From: Octopus sinensis
Lineage: Eukaryota
NCBI RefSeq assembly: GCF_006345805.1
Contig: NC_043006.1
Span: 33,604,001 to 33,668,000, forward strand
Length of the DNA stretch: 64,000 nucleotides
Direction: 5' to 3'
Part shown: one piece after another, positions 25,901 through 37,803 of the stretch
How the letters are laid out: the number at the start of each line of letters is the position of its first letter
Numbering within the stretch: the stretch's first letter is position 1
Program-made: the position numbers and the translations under genes
Notes under the pieces: model-generated
Seen by the model: the letters and a program-made list of their open reading frames with translations, nothing else
What the model was told of the DNA's origin: nothing
The model's database searches: none

Positions 25901-26469
25901 CAAACAGTTACTTTACTATGGAAGTGAAAGATAAAATGACTTTATATATGTGAGACACACATGAAAGAATTATGATTAAGATCCTACTGTGAGGAGGAAG
26001 GAAAAGCAAGAAATGAAGTCGGAGAAATATTTCTAGTGAAGATTTGAAGATTTCCAAATTTTGCTTCTGCAAAGCTAATGTTTCTTTATCCCAATGTTAG
26101 GAAGTCTTACAGAAAATGGTTTAGTCGCAGGAAGGAAAAAAAGAAAAAGAAAAGAAAAAAGAGGCGGGTCAGCTTACAACAATTTACCAAAGAAGTGTGT
26201 GTGTGTGTGTGTGTGTACACATACATATACTTCTGCAAACTTTTAAGTAAACTGGTTGATCTACTTGAGAGATGTCAGCAAGCTAGATAAGTCAACATGA
26301 ATAGAGGAGGAGGAGGAGGAGGTAGAGGAGGTGAAATATGAATCTAGATATGTTTTAAGAAGAGAGGGAGAGATAAGTGAAGAAATCATAGAAAAGTAAA
26401 TATTGGTTTATATACAAACATATACACCTGTATGCACACATTCACATATACACACAAATAAATAAATAA

Positions 26470-26500
<31 letters not shown>

Positions 26501-26566
26501 AACATACTCACAATACCTTTATATACATATAAAATGCACAAAGACACACATGTAATATATGCTATG

Positions 26567-26607
<41 letters not shown>

Positions 26608-26895
26608 CACACCCATATATTATATATATGTATACACAGATGCAAATATATGCATATATGCTTACAACTGAATAAAGGGGTACACAATAGAGTTTATGTA
26701 CATTTGCATACGCCACTAATCATACACACACACACACACACATATTTACTTCACTGATAACAAGTACTTTGAAACAATAAAAGAAGTTCTTATGTTGCAG
26801 AGAATTCCTGAGAATCCTTGACCGATATTTAGTAAGGACTTTAGATTGTAAACTGTTTCTTAATGGAACGACAACAGGGTGACTACTGGATTATA

Positions 26896-26933
<38 letters not shown>

Positions 26934-28902
26934 AAAGTAGTGGAGGTGGTGGTGGTGTTGGTGGTGGTAGTGGTGGTAGTGGGTTATTGTATTTGTGTTG
27001 CTGGAGGTAGTATTACTTAGGGGAAGAGTTTCCATTTGTGCTTATAGCCTGGGGGGACTGTCCTGCTTGAAGCAGTGTAGGGGTGATGGGATCCACAAAT
27101 GGTGTGGTGGACGAGGTGGTAGAGTTAGTGGCATGGTGTAAGAACGATAGTGGTGGGGATGGCGGCAACGGTGGTGCTGCCATGCAGGGGCGTATAATGG
27201 TTAATAGCAACATGGGTTGTTATTACTGCTGTTGTTTGGCTGCAGTTCATCTCTGAAAGTGATGATCTGCAAAAACTATAATCAGAGACATTCCAACTGT
27301 GACCATCCTGTCTTGGTCTCAGGCATAGTGTAGCTAGGACTCCATTTGTTAATGTTGGTATTTGTAGTGTTGGGAGGGACTCTAGTGTTGGTTGTAGTAC
27401 TTCTTGCAGGTGATTGTGGTGGTAGTAAGACTATGGAATCTACAGGTAATAAATTGATTCAACACAGTAGGGAAGGTACTCGGAGAAAGAGAGAGGAGAG
27501 AAAAAGAAGGGACAATGGCAAAGGAGACAAAAAAATAGACAGAGAGAAAGAGAGGGAGAGAAAGTTGGGGAGGGAGGGGGGTTGAAGAAAGCCGTCAATA
27601 TTGAAAATGTGTTCTAATTTGAAATGGTTAAAACCCAAGTGGATTGTGTGTAGAATAAATGGGTTAAGGTATGTGTGGTTTTGAGATTATTTCTGGTCGG
27701 CTCAAGTCAGTTGGATTTCAGCCTTGAATTGATTAATGAGGTGGGTCATCTCTTAAAAGTATGTCATTCTTTTCTTTCTAATTTTGGCACAAGACCAGCA
27801 ATTTTGAAGGAAGGGTGGGGCTGATTACATCACCCCTCCCCACCGCCAAGTATTTGACTGGTACTTTAATTTATCAACCATGAGAGGATAAAAGGCAAAG
27901 TGTACCCAAGTGGGATTTGGACTCGGAATGTAAAGAGCCAGAAGAACTGCTATGTGCTAACAATTCAGCCACCTCCTCCTCCTCCGCATTATTTAACATC
28001 CGTTCCCCATACTGGGATGGGTTGGACAATTTAGTAGGTGCTGGGAAGCTAGAGACCTGAACCAGGCTCCAATTGTCTGTTTTTGGCATAGTTTCTATGT
28101 CTGGATGCCCTCTCTAATGCCAACCACTTTGTAGAGTGTACTGGGTGCTTTTTATATTTTATTTGGCACTAGCACACGTGCTTTTTACGTAGCGCTAGCA
28201 GTGGTGCTTTTTACGTGACACCAGCAAAGCCGCCTGCTAATTTGCAAGACAAAGACCTCTCAGCTTAGAGAGGGAGTGGAACCAATGGAAGCAGTGGTGT
28301 GCCAGAATAATAATAATAATATAGGTAGGGAGGCTCCAAAAGGGATTTCAGGGAGTAGTGCTCCTGCTTTCCTGAGCTAGTTTTCCACCACATTTCTTAA
28401 AAATCGTGGTAGAGGCCTTGGTCTCAGGACCGCTCAAGTCTAGAAACCAAGGTTAGGGCTAAGCAAGAGCATGCTCCCTGTAGAAAATGCAGCTCTGAAA
28501 AAGCCTCATGATAGCAAAGGAGAATGGGCACCAGCCAACCCAAAGGGTGGGGTGGGCTGCACCCGCCTACCTTAGTTGCTATGGCATTGAGGTAGATCTG
28601 GCCAACCCTGTTAACGGGGACAAAACTCGAATTTAAAACATTGCATGATGATGATGATTTTTACTATAAGTATAAAGACAGCAATTCTGTGTGGAGGTGC
28701 AAGTTGATTACACGAATCCCCAAAGGCAAAATTGACCTCAGCTGGATTTGAACTCAAAATGGAGAAAGCCACAAGAAATACCACCAATCGTATTGTCCAG
28801 TGAGCTAATGTTTCTGTCAGCTCACTGCCTTGTCATTGGGTAATATTTGTCAGTGTAAGGAGTGATGAAACTTTGTGTAATTGATAAGTTCCTACGATAT
28901 TG

Positions 28903-29157
28903 CAGTTCTATGTTTAAGAGATGAGGAATTATGTACATTATTTTGTCCTCTTCTTGTTTGTTGTTAACACGTTTCAGCTGATATACTCTCCAGCCTTCAT
29001 CAGGTGTCTTGGGGAAATTTCGAACCTGGGTTCTTATTCCTAAGGCACTTTTCAATGTTGTTGTTATTATCATTATTATTATTCAGGTCACTGCCTGGAA
29101 TTGAACTTGGAATCTTGGGGTTAGTAGCCCGTGCTCAAACCACTATGCCATATGCCC
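28903..29157 (-). mobile_element. HHR-SINE family copy, left member of a head-to-head pair
   Basis: Collinear with the family; small deletion 3' of GAAAC destroys stem I. Confidence 0.75.
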
Positions 29158-29227
29158 GTAGTGGTTAAGAGCAAGGTTACTAACCCCAAGATTCCAAGTT
29201 CGATTCTAGACGGTAGTAGTAGTAGTA

Positions 29228-29273
<46 letters not shown>

Positions 29274-29433
29274 CAACAACAACAACAACAACAAAAAAAA
29301 AATACCTTAAGAATGAGAACCCAGGTTCGAAATTTCCCCAAGACACCTGATGAAGGCTGGAGGGTATATCAGCCGAAACTTGTTAACAACAAACAAGATG
29401 AGGACAAATATCCGTCAATAATGTAAATAATGT
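29158..29433 (+). mobile_element. HHR-SINE family copy, right member of a head-to-head pair
   Basis: cgtagtggttaagagc head, (AAT)n/(AAC)n linker, gacacCTGATGAaggctg...cagccGAAAc core with a 3-nt deletion after it. Confidence 0.75.
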
Positions 29434-31429
29434 TCCTGCAATATTGTTTGCTAAATTTGTCCATGGAAGAACATGGATGACTGAATTAAACCTTGTAATA
29501 TTACAAGTACTCTTTATTTTATCAAGTGAATGTCTATGTCAACGGTTCCTAATTGTGGATCCCAGAGCTGCATGTGGCCCTCAAACATCCTTCTGGCAGT
29601 CCCTGAGGGTCTTTCCTCAATAAATATGATAAATTTTTCTTTAATTGCCTTGTTTTTTTTATTTTCTTGTGGTGTGCAACCCCATCCTCCTAAAATCCAG
29701 GTTATGGATCTGGTCTGGATATCAGAAAGGCTGAGAACCACAGGTCTATGTAGTTGCTCAACCTGCTGGAAATGGCAGCAATGTTCTCATCCCACTCTAT
29801 CATCTTTGAAGAAGGCCTGTTGGATAAGGTTATCTTGGATTCTATGCATATAGGAATCCAAGGTCAAAGGTCGGAATGCTTTTGATCATGGGTCTGTTTT
29901 ATCAAGAATGACCTGATGCTAAAGAATTCATTACTAAATTTGTAAGAAGGCCGGTTTACCAGGGGCTTGCAATAGATTTTGTTAACCACCGCTGCAGCTG
30001 CTGCCACCACTGCTGTTGTTACCGCCACCACTTCCTCCTCCTGAAAAGGGTCATGAACATTGCCCTTTGTCCACTGATTAAGCAATTAAAAAAACTAAAA
30101 TTGTCAGTTCCTCAGATTGCATGAAACATATTTTGCTATTCTTAACTCTAAGGATTGTCGCTTATTTCTGACACTAGAATGTCATCACTGAATGCTTCCT
30201 GTCTTACGTAATGGGCCAAGTAAGAGTGGTGTAACCTATGGTTTACTGGACTTCCTGGCCACTGATTACAGGCAGTAAAACCACAGAGACAAGCTGAGGT
30301 GTATGTAAAACAAAACAGACCAGTGAAGGAATTGAACTGGCCTTGCAGATTCTCAGCTCTACCAAGAACCTACTGCCACATTACAGTACTTAGCTTGCAC
30401 TTTATATGCCGCTGAACCTCCCAGAACTAGACACCCATATCTAAGCCTTGTCCAAGCCTAATTAGGTTAACTGTGGATAGAACCAGACAACACTAAGGCG
30501 ATCCTCACTAGCTATGAGTCCATAAACACTTTCCACCTTACGAGAATGAAGGACAACTCTGAATAATGAGACTACGATATGCAAAATTCATAATCGAGCA
30601 TAACGTGTGTGTATTCCCAAACACAACATACAGGTATTATATATAGATTAACAGAAAAAGAAGAAAAAAAATACATAAATAAGCAAATATACAAAAGCAG
30701 GTAACAAAAAGCAGGTGTTGCTTGTTTAATATTCTGCATAATATCCTAACAGCTCAGACATCAGTGAAAGCACAAATAGTGCATAGAAAATAATAACTAG
30801 GAATGCACTATGGACATTAGTTTAGTCTTTCTTTAGGAGGCAGGAGATGGGGGAAAGTGTGTGGGTGTGAGGGTGTGTGTGTGGGGGGGTTTAAGTGGCA
30901 GCAATCTGTTTTTATATTTCAGTTTTTCCATTCCTCTTTTTGCTGTTGTTGTCGTTATTGTAGTTGTTATTGTTTGATAGATCTGGTGCATAGGCCTCAC
31001 CACGAATGAGGGTGGGAGGGAGGGAGGGAGGAAAACTGAGAGTCAGCCGCAAAAATAGTTGGTATATACAGAATGAAATGTACAAAGTAATACTAGTACT
31101 AATACTAATACTGTGCTATTTGTTATTACAAGAAATTGGCATATTATCATCATCGTACAGAGCATTCATTGTGTTTCTGTTCGAGAAATTTCAAGCTATT
31201 CACTATCAACAGCACCCACCACCACCACCACCACTAATGCCATTACTGCTGCCGCCACCATCACCACCACCACCAAGTGTAAGTAAAACTGGAAAACCAT
31301 TCTGTTGGTTATCATTAATGGACTTGTCATGTGTATATATGTGTGTGTATATATATATACATAAAAACTCCGAGCAGTGATGAAAGAAAGCCTCAGCTTC
31401 AAAGATATATATTATTCTTCAAGAAAAAA

Positions 31430-31500
31430 ATTATAGACAGTGACTTCGAAGTCTGATGATAAGCTTAACTGGCTGAAACTTCGAAGTCACTGTTTATAAT
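31430..31500. repeat. 71-nt hairpin with a 23-bp stem
   Basis: attatagacagtgacttcgaagt / acttcgaagtcactgtttataat with one G-T mismatch and a 25-nt loop. Confidence 0.9.
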
Positions 31501-31687
31501 ATTCCTGTTTAAGAATAACGAATTTATACTCAACAAAACTATAGAGTAAGCACTGAGATTAATGCAAAATTGCTTTTATTATAAATCACAATCATTCATT
31601 ACACTCAGTAATGTAATTGCTTTGCAATGAATAAACACTTGTGTATTGATAATTGGGTATGGATTCACAACCTCTAAGTTTCTTGAA

Positions 31688-32688
31688 ATATATATACATA
31701 CATATATATATACATATATATACAGACATATATACATATATATATATATACACACATATATATACACATACATATATATACACATATATATATATACATA
31801 TACATATATACATATATATATACATATACACATATATATATACATATACACATACATATACACATATACATATATATATACATACATATACACATATACA
31901 TATATACATACATACATATACACATATACATTATACCACATATATATATATATAATACATCATACTATACACATATACATATATACATACATATATATAT
32001 ACACATATACATCATACATATATATATATACATACATACATACATATATATATATATACATACATATATATATATACACATACATACATATATATATACA
32101 CATACATATATATATACACATACATATATATACACATACATATATATATACACATACATATATATACATACATTATATTACATATATATATTACATACAT
32201 ATATATATATATACATACATATATATATATACATACATTATATATATACATCATATTATATATACATACATATATATATATATACACATATATATATATA
32301 TATATAATATACATAATACATATATATATACATATATCATACATATATATATATATATATATCATACATATATATATATATATATATAACATACATTATA
32401 TATATATACATACATATATATATATCATACATATATAGATATATATAATATATCTATACATACATATATATATATACATACATATATATATACATACATA
32501 TATATTAATACATAGATATACATACATATATATATACATACATATATATATATACATATATATATATACATACATATATATATATACATACATATATATA
32601 TACATATAATATATACATATATATATACATACATATATATATATCATATATTATATCCATACATATATATATACATATATATACATAC

Positions 32689-32746
<58 letters not shown>

Positions 32747-32760
32747 TATACATATAAATA
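31688..32760. repeat. ~1.07-kb compound (TA)n/(TACA)n microsatellite
   Basis: Almost pure alternating purine-pyrimidine tract. Confidence 0.95.
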
Positions 32761-34000
32761 CATCATCATCATCATCATTTACGTCCGCTTTCCATGCTAG
32801 CATGGGTTGGACGGTTCAACTGGGGTCTGGGGAGCCCGAACTGCACCAGTCCAGTCAGATCTGGCAGTGTTTCTACAGCTGGATGCCCTTCCTAACGCCA
32901 ACCACTCCGAGAGTGTAGTGGGTGATTTTGTATTGCCACCGACACAGGTGCCAGACGAGGCTGGGCACTGGGCCACGCTCGGATGTGTTTTTTTATGTGC
33001 CACCGACACAGGTGCAGACGAGGCTGGCAGACGGCCAAGCTCGGATGGTGTTTTTTATGTGCCACCGACACAGGTGCCAGACGAGGCTGGCAGACGGCCA
33101 CGCTCGGATGGTGTTTTTATGTGCCACCGACACAGGTGCCAGACAGGCTGGCAGACGGCCACGCTCGGATGGTGTTTTTATTGTGCCACCGACACAGGTG
33201 CCAGATGAGGCTGGCAAACGGCCACGATCGGATGGTGCTTGTTACGTGCCCACAGCACGGAGGCCAGTCGATGCGGTACTGGCTACGGCCACGTTCGGAT
33301 GGTTTTCTTATGTGCCACGTGCCACCGGCACTGGTACCACAAAGATACAAATTCCATGATGTTCATCTATTTTGATTTGTTTTGATTTTCACTTGCCTCA
33401 ACAGGTCTTCACAAGTATCACAAGAAGGAAGGTATGCACAGGTGGACTGACTACGTCCCAGGTAGGGGCCATGGGTTATGGCCTGACAGTCTTGCCGGGT
33501 CTTCGGATGGTGTTTTTATGTGCCACCGACACAGGTGCTAGATGAGGCTGGCGAACGGCCACGATCGGATGGTGTTTGTCATGCCCACCGCACTGACTAC
33601 GGCACTGATGGATTTCTTGTGTGCCACAGGCACTGGTACCACAAGATACAAATTCCATTGATGTTCATCTATTTGTCTATTTTGATTTGATTTGATTTTC
33701 ACTTGCTCAACCGGTCTTCACAAGTGTCACAAGAAGGAAGGTATGCACAGGTGGACTGACTAGTCTTGCGGGTCTTCGGAGGTGTTTTTTGCCAACCGAC
33801 ACGGCGCCAGATGAGGCTGGCGAACGGCCATGATCGGATGGTGTTTGTTACGTGCCCACAGCACGGAGGCCGGTCGATGCGGAACTGGCTACGGCCACGT
33901 TCGGATGGTTCTCTTGGTGTGCCACCGGCACGGTCAACGTGTGTGCCACCGGCACTGGTACCACAAAGATACAGATTCCATTGATGTTCATCTTTTTAAA
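32761..34000 (-). mobile_element. RTE-tailed SINE-like element with internal 62-bp VNTR and ~300-320-bp higher-order repeat
   Basis: (GAT)n 3' tail on the minus strand; repeated unit tgtgccaccgacacaggtgccagacgaggctggcagacggccacgctcggatggtgttttta; ggtaccac landmark at 33333, 33635 and 33957. Confidence 0.85.
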
Positions 34001-34399
34001 AAAGAGACCAGCTTTGAAGTCATCATTTCTACCATAAATAAAGAACTGAAAATGAGAAACAGATGTAACCAACATATAGAATATTACATGGTTTAATTTC
34101 TTTTATTTTTCTATACACATATACTGTATGAGCATATACCAAACAGGGTCTTACAGATAAATTGAGACCAACTTAAGGCAGTTGACTAGTGGGTTCGATA
34201 TTTCATTTTTTGACAAACCTTGACTTGCTCGAAATAAATCTTTTTCCAGTAAATAGCAAACTGATTCAACATCAGAAAGTCATGGAACAACAAATCGTTC
34301 TGCCATGCACCCTACCAATAAAACTTGACAAAACAGTAACAGTTTATTGTGTGTGTAAACAATTTAAAGAAGAGGGTAAGATTGATAGAAAAGAACAAG

Positions 34400-35045
34400 A
34401 CTCAAAGTGATTCCAAGCATAATCCAAGTTTCTCACTGGCCTCAAAACACTCAATTGAAGCCAACCCATCCACATGCATGACAACCCCTGCAAAAGAAAT
34501 GCAATGTGTCCCTTCTAGTTTCAGAGCTGTTAACAGGAACCTGGCATGACTAGCTATCTTCAATGATGTCGAGGCCAAAGCAATCAGAGCTGAGAGATGT
34601 TCAAAGCATCCATCAAGCATCAAGGTGCAGGAAAGACTCTCGTGTTTGTGGACAAGAATTCACTGTAGATGTCAAAGTGCATCACAAATTCTCGAGTGAT
34701 TGCGTAGAACCTCCTGGCTGGCACCCCCCCACCCCCAGTGTTTGAGACTAAGAATCCCAGCTATGTGATGGTATTTGAAGTTGTGGCAAGTAATGGAAGT
34801 GTCATGGGATCCACACTTCATTGTGTGGCTTGAAAATCAGCACAAAGGAGTATCTGGACATCCTGAAGAACTGTTACCCTGGATGGGGAGCAGTTTTAGG
34901 GTTTGGTGCTTATCCAGGATTCTGCACTATACAATGGGTCAAAAGCAACACAGACAGTCTTTGGTGAGGAGCCATTTTTTGTGAGAGAGCCAACATTTGG
35001 CTCAGTAATAGATCAGATCTCAACCTTAATATCCTTTTTATGGGC
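34400..35045 (+). pseudogene. Degraded Tc1/mariner DDE/D transposase
   Basis: Frameshifted segments read IEANPSTCM..., KTLVFVD, TKNPSYVMVFEVVASNG, KEYLDIL, QDS and a W..N..DLN motif (the WPxxSPDLNP signature). Confidence 0.8.
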
Positions 35046-35409
35046 AGATACTTCAAGCAAGGACTAATGTAACATCAAAAATCAGAAAGGGAAGGTTATA
35101 GCAGCTGCAAAAATATTTTGTTCCCATGTGGAGGCAATAATGCCCAAAAGAGTGGGCCATATTGAGTGACAAATGTCTTTGTTGCAATAAATGTTTCATT
35201 AATATTATGTCTACTACCATTATTTTACTGTTTATAACCAGTTTATATGCATCGTAAAAATTGCCTCTATCTGCAAAACCACATATATATATATATATAT
35301 ATATATAGATACACACCACACCACACACACAAAAATATAAAATACATGTATGCAAGAGAGGACTGCTAGTTAGGCTATGTGATATAGACAAAACAGTTGC
35401 ATAAAATGC

Positions 35410-35560
35410 CTATCACTTAAAGTGGATGGAACTTGTGGAAGAGGGGAACCCCGGAAGATATGGGATGAGCTACTGAAAGCCAATCTCAAGATGCTGAGCC
35501 TTATGGAGAAGACAAAGGACCAAGATATCAAGCACCTTTCTGTGATTAAGACCTATCCAC
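35410..35560 (+). mobile_element. RTE-clade LINE 3' fragment
   Basis: GTCGRGEPRKIWDELLKANL...KTKDQDI, a degenerate version of the same motif. Confidence 0.65.
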
Positions 35561-35929
35561 CACAACAAAATTGGTATCCTAAAAACTTTGCGAGCAGAGA
35601 TCTGTCCACGCCTCATCCCTAACACACATACCACCACCTTGTGAAAAACCATGATAAAAATTACGAGATTTGGGGGTGAACAAAATAAGATAGTAAAGTC
35701 TTGCCAACAATTAGTGTTTAGCCTTAGGAAAACAAAAGGAAACAACTTTTGTATGATCATTTCATGTCAAATTCAAGGGAGATAATGAATATATGTATAA
35801 TATTTTTTCTATTCTACGCACAGGCCCGATATTTTGGGGAAGAAGGCCAGTCGATTAGATCGACCCCAGTAAGCAACTGATACTTAATTATCGACCCCCC
35901 GAAAGAATAAAGGCAAAGTCAACCTAATA

Positions 35930-36401
35930 CATCCATATATATATATATACATACCTATACATACATATATATATATATATACAATATACATATATATATT
36001 ACATATACATATATACATATATACATACATATACATACCTATATATATATATACATACCATATACATATACATATATATATACATACATATACATACATA
36101 TATATATATATACATACATATATATATATACACATACATATATATATATACTACCATATTATATTACATACATATTATATATCTATACATACATAATGTA
36201 TATATACATACATATATATATATATATATATATCCATATGATATAACATCCATATATATATATACATACACTATATATATATACATACATATATAGATAT
36301 ATATATACACATATATACATATATATATATATAAGGGTACATCATCATCATATATATATCATCATCGTCGTTTAGCGTCCGTTTTCATGCTAGCCTATGG
36401 T

Positions 36402-36433
<32 letters not shown>

Positions 36434-36435
36434 AA
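35930..36435. repeat. (TA)n/(TACA)n compound microsatellite
   Basis: Seen directly. Confidence 0.9.
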
Positions 36436-36631
36436 AGTTTGGTAGAAGGGAGAGAGAGATTCAGGGGTCGAGGGTTTCACACATTAGCACTTACCAAACT
36501 AGTTACAAATGATGGGTGTATATGTTTATATTTATAATAACTCTTTGATTTGTAAATAGTTTGACAAGGGATAACATATGAAACTCTCAACCCCTGAATC
36601 ACTCTGTTACTTCTGCCAAATATTAATGAAA

Positions 36632-36664
<33 letters not shown>

Positions 36665-36736
36665 CTTGTGTTTTGAGTTCTATATTTCCTGTTTGCATTG
36701 TCAAACAGATATGTATATCATCAAATATTAATGAAA

Positions 36737-36769
<33 letters not shown>

Positions 36770-36829
36770 CTTGTGTTTTGAGTTCTATATTTCCTGTTTG
36801 CATTGTCAAACAGATATGTATATCATCAT

Positions 36830-37500
36830 CATCATCATCCTCATTTAAAGTCAGTTGTCCATGCTGGCATGGGTTGGATGGTTTGACCAGAGCTGGCAAC
36901 AAGCTGGGCAGCTGCACCAGGCTCCATCGTCAGTTGAGGCATGGCTTCTAATGCCAACCACTTTACTGAGTGTGTTGGGTGCTTTTATGTGGCACCGCAC
37001 AGGTGCTCTTATGTGACACTGCACAGGTGCTTTTACATGTTGCCACATGTGTGCTCTTATGTGACACGGCATGGGTGCTTTTACATGTTGCCACATGGGT
37101 GCTTTTATGTGACACTACACAGGTGCTTTTACATGTTTCCACATGTGTGCTCTTATGTGACACTGCACGGGTGCTTTTACATGTTGCCACATGTATGTTT
37201 TTATGTGACACCGCATGAGCACTTTTACGTGACACTGCATGGGTGCTTTTACAAGTTGCCACATGTGTGCTCGTATGTGACACTGCATGGGTGCTTTTAC
37301 ATGTTGCCACATGGGTGTTTTTATGTGACACCGCATGAGCACTTTTACGTGACACTGCACAGGTGCTTTCACATGTTGCAACATGTGTGCTCTTATGTGA
37401 CACCGCAAGGGTGCTTTTATGTGACATTGCACGGGTACTTTTATATGTTGCTGCATGGGTGTTTCTATGTGACACGGGCAATTTTACATGGTACCACCAC
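36830..37500 (-). mobile_element. RTE-tailed element with a 48-bp (2 x 24-bp) internal tandem array
   Basis: Units gtgcttttacatgttgccacatgt / gtgctcttatgtgacactgcacag (gtgc at 37027 and 37075). Confidence 0.85.
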
Positions 37501-37772
37501 AACTGCTTTACACTACCAGAAGGATAACACTTCAGCTTCCTGAAATTGTTCTGCAGTACTTCATTCCCCCCACCCACACAGTATATAGGGTAAAAATCCA
37601 AGCTGTGTCCTCTTGAAGCATATGTGTTTATTCCATTCTTCCTTACCTTCGGAAACAGATGAGGGTTGAAGACAGAGAGGGCATCTGGCCTTAGAAACTC
37701 TGCCTCAACAAATTCGGCCCAACCCATGCAAGCATGTTAAAGTGGATTTTCAGTGATGGCGACAACAATGAC

Positions 37773-37803
<31 letters not shown>

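Noticed and set aside
27013-27213. Pro/Ser/Thr-rich minus ORF
   Set aside because: Lies within degenerate (ACC/ACT)n low-complexity sequence; the nearby acceptor leads to stops in all frames, and there is no convincing donor.
29864-30085. Minus ORF with a poly-Ala/Val stretch (GGSGGG in another frame, reminiscent of human PRKAG2 exon 1)
   Set aside because: The Gly-rich frame is closed by TAA; it is low-complexity and has no strong phase-0 donor.
31579-32753. Many long ORFs rich in Y/I/H/T/C/V/M (also near 1.8, 4.5, 11, 42, 48.5, 57.6, 60 and 62 kb)
   Set aside because: They are translations of (TA/CA/TACA/GATA)n microsatellites, which lack stop codons in several frames.
33350-33800. Numerous single-base deletions between higher-order repeat units
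   Set aside because: Mostly in homopolymers or doublets, the typical pattern of under-polished long-read consensus; not interpreted biologically.
32807-34096. Overlapping ORFs and a CRISPR-like periodic look in the 62-bp arrays (also 41.5-42.3 kb)
   Set aside because: These are tandem units without unique spacers, inside a eukaryotic retroposon, with no cas genes.
36941-37727. 200-aa and 254-aa ORFs on opposite strands
   Set aside because: Explained by a frame-preserving 24/48-bp VNTR; no splice context.
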